DNA of 64,000 nt from Giardia intestinalis (lineage: Eukaryota). Positions 60,318-64,000 of the stretch are shown piece by piece; the first letter of the stretch is position 1; each line of letters starts with the position of its first letter. The translations under genes and the position numbers were made by a program. Where the stretch lies: assembly GCA_000002435.2 (NCBI GenBank), contig CM018792.1. One strand, given 5' to 3'. The notes below the pieces were generated by a model. The model was not told the origin of the DNA. It saw only the letters and a list, made by a program, of their open reading frames with translations, and searched no databases.

Positions 60318-61310
60318 CTATTGAAGATCCCACATTCGCAAAGACTCAGAGCTGGGGTATGACGATGTGTCTTGTTTTTCAATAAGGTCCAATTGCCCAG
60401 TTCGTGTAAGTCCTAATAAGCAGCAGCCCGACACTGCATCAGCAACGTTGATGCAAAAGGAGGGTGTCACGATGAAGTCTTGATAGACGCATGCGAGCGT
60501 AGTGATTGCGTTGGTAGGAAACCGTGTGGTACTGTGAGCAATAATCCCTTTACTTATGTCGATAATGTAGAAGCAGCCAGCATAATTCCCGATGCCAGAA
60601 ATTACGATCAATAAGAACTCATATGGCAAAAGTACGTGATTATAAATTCCGCTCAATTTGGGCAGAAGCCACTTGCGGGCCGGCGTTAAAGTAATGCTAA
60701 TCCAGCGGGCATCGACGGGGTTATGCCTGTTGTATACAAATTCCCAGAGATCGCTAAAGGATTTCTTTCCGTTTGTTCCCCCGTGCAAAAAGACGCGGTC
60801 GTTAGCAACAGCCATTGCGTGCCCGTATCGTCTCGACGGCCTTTGCGTTTCCGCTCTTTGCAACTCGACAACAGTTCCCTCGTGGAGATCGACTATGTGT
60901 GTATCATTTAGGATGTCAGTTAATATTGTCCGTCCTCCAAAGATCAGCAGGTGTGTATCAGAAAGGAGTGCAATAGCATGCTCCCGCCGTGGCAAGTGAG
61001 GGGCGGCGACGGCCCGCAATGCAGTGCCAGAAAATATCAAAAGATCGCCCAACACCTTCTTCTCCTGCCTGTTGTACCCTCCATGAATGACTGCAATCTT
61101 TCCATTGCACGCAGAGGCTGTTAATATGCGGTTCCGTAGCAGTGGCGCACGCGCATAAAGAACAAACCGAAGCTCCCCGACAAGTGTGTAGTAAATCTCA
61201 TTGTACACTGTGGTGATGAATATGCGATGGTCAATGCTGAACATCTCCCCTTGAGACTCCGCGAATACACGTTCGTGCGTCTTGATCAGGCTATAAGGAA
61301 CGGGCTCCAT
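60318..61310 (-). CDS. Kelch-repeat beta-propeller protein
   Basis: ATG verified at 61310-61308. Repeated Kelch signatures (AVIHGGYN, LLIFGGRT, RVFLHGGTNG, DLWEF). Confidence 0.7.
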   Translation of the reverse strand: MEPVPYSLIKTHERVFAESQGEMFSIDHRIFITTVYNEIYYTLVGELRFVLYARAPLLRNRILTASACNGKIAVIHGGYNRQEKKVLGDLLIFSGTALRAVAAPHLPRREHAIALLSDTHLLIFGGRTILTDILNDTHIVDLHEGTVVELQRAETQRPSRRYGHAMAVANDRVFLHGGTNGKKSFSDLWEFVYNRHNPVDARWISITLTPARKWLLPKLSGIYNHVLLPYEFLLIVISGIGNYAGCFYIIDISKGIIAHSTTRFPTNAITTLACVYQDFIVTPSFCINVADAVSGCCLLGLTRTGQLDLIEKQDTSSYPSSESLRMWDLQ

Positions 61311-61412
61311 GAGCCACCAATTTTTGTCACTTTTGTTACCTTGTTACGGTTGATAGTATCTACGAGATTTACTACTGTGCGAGAGCAATCTCTCATTTGT
61401 TTCTTGCTAGGG

Positions 61413-62561
61413 TCAGCCGTCTATGGATTGAATTGGTTGCCATTTCTCAATGGGTCTACGACAGATCGGGCAGTCCCTTCGATTCATATCCACAAGCCTG
61501 TTTGAGCACTCTACACAGGCACACTTGTGGCCACATGGCAAGCACTCCATTGTACAGCAAGCGTCAAGACAGATGGAGCATTGCCCCAGCTTGTCCTCCT
61601 GACCTTTATACTTCTTCTCCAGAAGAAATTGAAGACCGTTCCCGGCCAGCAGACTCATGCACTCCTTGTTGTCTAATTGCTTGGCTATCTGATAGGGAGT
61701 TACCCCAGCAACGTTTTTCATGTCGTATTCGCGTTCAATTAATAGCTTAATGGACTCAATGGACCCCTTCTGCGTTGCAAACATGAGCGCGAACCAACCA
61801 TCGGGCCGTGACAACCGAGCCTCAGCATCCAGAAGCTCGCGTACGCACTCATGCTTATTGGCAAGAGCTGCACGCATGAGCGCTGTGAGACCGTTGGAGT
61901 CAGTCAGGGTGCTTTCCTTCTGGAGTAACAAGGGTATTACATTGGAGTTTCCATGGGAGGCTGCAAACATCAGCGCAGTCAAGCCGCAATTATCCTGCCG
62001 CCCACCATACTCCTCCAGATACGCCGCGACCTCATCTCGATCGCCCTTACACGCAGCTTCCATAAGCGGCGTCAGCCCCATTGCTTCCTTCTCCAGTGCC
62101 AATAGCTTTTCAACCAGTTCCGTGTTCTTAATGAAGATAGCGAAGTTAAGGGCGCACAATTTGGTTGTGGTGGTCAGACAGGCCTCCGTATCTTTAAGGA
62201 GGTCAACGATGCTTCCGTGCTTATAGACAGTGGCGTAGATAAGAGCGGACCACCCGTCCTTGTCCTGCATACGTGCCTCCTTCTGCATGAGCAACTTTGC
62301 CGAGTTATAGTTCCCTAGGCGAGCAGCATGCATAAGTGCCGTGCGCTTCATGGCATCTCTCATCCCGGCCTCGTGCTCAAGAAGTAAAGGAATAACGTCA
62401 GATGAGTCTCGCATGGCTGCAATAATGAGGGCCGTGTTGCCCACACTATTGACGGAGCCGGCCTTATCTATATGATTTTTAACATTCGCCACGTTATTGT
62501 GAGCCGCAGCAACCATAAGACTGGTGTCCCCTAGAAGCTCCACATATCTGGGCTGTGCCAT
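61413..62561 (-). CDS. Ankyrin-repeat protein with a C-terminal C3HC4 RING finger (E3 ligase-like, XB3/MIB-type architecture)
   Basis: ATG verified at 62561-62559. About 9 ankyrin repeats (TALMHAARLGNYNSAKLLM...GLTALMFAASHGNSNVIPLLL, and others). C-terminal RING CSICLDACCTMECLPCGHKCACVECSNRLVDMNRRDCPICRRPI. Confidence 0.8.
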   Translation of the reverse strand: MAQPRYVELLGDTSLMVAAAHNNVANVKNHIDKAGSVNSVGNTALIIAAMRDSSDVIPLLLEHEAGMRDAMKRTALMHAARLGNYNSAKLLMQKEARMQDKDGWSALIYATVYKHGSIVDLLKDTEACLTTTTKLCALNFAIFIKNTELVEKLLALEKEAMGLTPLMEAACKGDRDEVAAYLEEYGGRQDNCGLTALMFAASHGNSNVIPLLLQKESTLTDSNGLTALMRAALANKHECVRELLDAEARLSRPDGWFALMFATQKGSIESIKLLIEREYDMKNVAGVTPYQIAKQLDNKECMSLLAGNGLQFLLEKKYKGQEDKLGQCSICLDACCTMECLPCGHKCACVECSNRLVDMNRRDCPICRRPIEKWQPIQSIDG

Positions 62562-62610
62562 GGAATGATTGGCAGAAAGCGAAAGTTTTTTGTGATTCTA
62601 ATCTACCATT

Positions 62611-64000
62611 CTAGACATCAAGCTTATCTACTTTCGTCCAAAGAGCTCGACGAACCTGGTCTGCATCAGCCTTAAGTTGGATTTGGTGGTACAGCGTGCA
62701 GAAAGCCCTCTCCATCACGTCTCTGAGGACATCGAATTCTGCTGCCCTTGAATTGGTCTCACTGGCAACCGCTTCATCTACCTCATAAACAATTCTATGG
62801 AGCCGTGTCAGAGTCTCATCAACAAGCAGCTCTCTGTCCTTCCATTCTGTATCCCAGACGGTACCTGTGTTCAGAAGCAGCTGGTGGGCTTGCGTAGTCT
62901 TGCTTATTGACGTGGCAAGCGCATCCTGAACTTTTACGCCGTCACATTCTATTTGCTGCTTGAGCTCTTGGAACAGTGTGCGCATATCCTCTTCTACCTT
63001 TTCAAAGTGCTGCTTCCATAGGGTGTCTGCCTGCTGAAATACCGAAGAGAAGGATGCTAAGTCATCTAGGGCGGCCCTTTGCTCAGTCATGCTCTCCTGC
63101 ACCTGTCCCTTGAGAGACGAGAATTCTAAGAAGGTATCATCGATGTACTGCCGAAGCTCCTTGGAGGTGTTGTCGAGCATTCGCTGAACATCGGTAAGCG
63201 TTGATGACTTCATATCCTCAAAGGACCCCAACAGAGTTGCTTGTGCTGTATCGATGCGGCTAATGGATGAGTTAATCATCTGCACGGTATTGTTAAGGCC
63301 TTGAATATCGGCCTCGCGCCGCTCCGTCTCTTGCTTGATCAGAGATGTCACACTCTGCTCCGCTGCCTGTTGTGCTTCTGAAATCACTTTAGGGATTTCT
63401 GCCACTGCTGACTCTACCTCAGAGCGAATACTTTGAGCAACAGCGGAAAACCTATCTGCATCTTGCTGATATAGCAGCTTAAGGTCATCAAAGGAGTCTC
63501 TGGCGGCAGTCTGTTGCGTCATCATGTCTGCTATCTCTCCCTTGAGACTAGAGAGGTTTGCTTCTAAGGCAGCAATAGTCTTCTGTATTTCTCCTTGCCC
63601 CGATTGTAGAGAGTCAATCTCCTTCCGTGACTCACTGCGGATTGTACTGGCTAGTTCCTTAATACTTGCTGTCTCTTTTTGGAGCTGCATATATCCCTGT
63701 TCAAACTCAAGAACCTTATGGCTGTCGCTACGCAGTGCCTCTACATCTTTTCTAATGTTCTCAATGCTCTCTTGCAGAAATGACTTGAGACTGTCGATGG
63801 AAGCTTGGGTGCTCTGAATGAAGTCCCCTACCTCCGACTCTACTCTGTCTGCAAGTGACAGATCGACCTTATGATCCAACAAGGTACAGACTTCATTTCT
63901 TGTGGGGCACTTGAGGACCCTTTCTTGAACAATGATGGCGGCATCTGCAACCTCCTGGAGCTTGTGGCTTAGGTAGGTTATTTGTTCCTTCAGCTTAAGT
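62611..64000 (-). CDS. Coiled-coil protein, 3' portion only; the gene continues past the window end
   Basis: The track start at 63882 is TTG. The same frame stays open on the minus strand to position 64000 with neither an ATG nor a stop (…LKLKEQITYLSHKLQEVADAAIIVQERVLKCPTRNEVCTLLDHKVDLS…). The sequence is heptad-rich and Q/E/L-rich throughout. Confidence 0.65.
   Translation of the reverse strand, partial: LKLKEQITYLSHKLQEVADAAIIVQERVLKCPTRNEVCTLLDHKVDLSLADRVESEVGDFIQSTQASIDSLKSFLQESIENIRKDVEALRSDSHKVLEFEQGYMQLQKETASIKELASTIRSESRKEIDSLQSGQGEIQKTIAALEANLSSLKGEIADMMTQQTAARDSFDDLKLLYQQDADRFSAVAQSIRSEVESAVAEIPKVISEAQQAAEQSVTSLIKQETERREADIQGLNNTVQMINSSISRIDTAQATLLGSFEDMKSSTLTDVQRMLDNTSKELRQYIDDTFLEFSSLKGQVQESMTEQRAALDDLASFSSVFQQADTLWKQHFEKVEEDMRTLFQELKQQIECDGVKVQDALATSISKTTQAHQLLLNTGTVWDTEWKDRELLVDETLTRLHRIVYEVDEAVASETNSRAAEFDVLRDVMERAFCTLYHQIQLKADADQVRRALWTKVDKLDV

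Noticed and set aside
27132-62561. Apparent 'ubiquitin-system cluster' (CCCH finger, E1, ubiquilin, PPPDE peptidase, Ubl protein, two RING E3s and a Kelch protein scattered through the window) as a functional module or operon
   Set aside because: This is a eukaryotic genome with monocistronic genes on alternating strands, each with its own promoter. The members are interspersed with unrelated housekeeping genes (eIF2-gamma, PP2A-B55, transporters). Ub-system genes are numerous in any eukaryote, so co-occurrence at this density is expected by chance.
1-64000. Prokaryote-style defence or accessory island, CRISPR array, integron or IS-like mobile element
   Set aside because: There are no direct-repeat/spacer arrays and no transposase, integrase or recombinase ORFs. 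No terminal inverted repeats flank genes; the only inverted repeat is a 58-bp hairpin. The gene content is unambiguously eukaryotic housekeeping.

Overview
The window is a gene-dense, apparently intron-free eukaryotic segment; it is not prokaryotic. About 80% of it is coding, on both strands, with roughly 37 protein genes. Divergent gene pairs are separated by AT-rich 30-160 bp promoters, and convergent pairs are often only 0-25 bp apart. The gene content marks it as eukaryotic: eIF2-gamma, PP2A B55, ubiquilin, HORMA, Kelch, ankyrin-RING, an AGC kinase, a Mon1/longin-like protein and an IFT22/Rab-like GTPase. Roughly 48-50% GC, the compact architecture, a cytochrome b5, a tiny 2[4Fe-4S] ferredoxin and many coiled-coil proteins fit a diplomonad such as Giardia. 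That is an inference, not a database match.

The supplied ORF track calls TTG and GTG starts as 'M'. I checked the first codon of every reported gene and re-trimmed to the first in-frame ATG where needed (16 of 37 genes).

Confidently recognisable products are:
- a DEAD-box RNA helicase and a RecQ helicase
- an AGC Ser/Thr kinase
- PP2A B55
- a ThiF-type Ubl-activating E1
- a GRP170-like Hsp70 with an ER signal peptide and C-terminal KEEL
- a cytochrome-b5-domain protein
- a CDF zinc transporter
- eIF2-gamma
- a fructosamine-3-kinase-family protein
- a minimal C13 (legumain/GPI8-like) peptidase
- a MATE transporter
- ubiquilin/Dsk2
- a Kelch protein
- an ankyrin-repeat RING E3
- a 2186-aa protein with an N-terminal RING

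Three things the ORF track missed:
- a 59-aa ferredoxin gene at 29621-29800
- a 5'-truncated gene at the window start (1-567, minus strand)
- the fact that the last coiled-coil gene runs off the window end

I could not identify rRNA, tRNA, CRISPR or transposons by eye; tRNA and snoRNA detection would need covariance-model tools.

I see no prokaryote-style defence or accessory 'system' here. The most unusual non-genic signal is a 1.18-kb gene-free stretch (40712-41888) carrying a perfect 15-bp inverted repeat hairpin.
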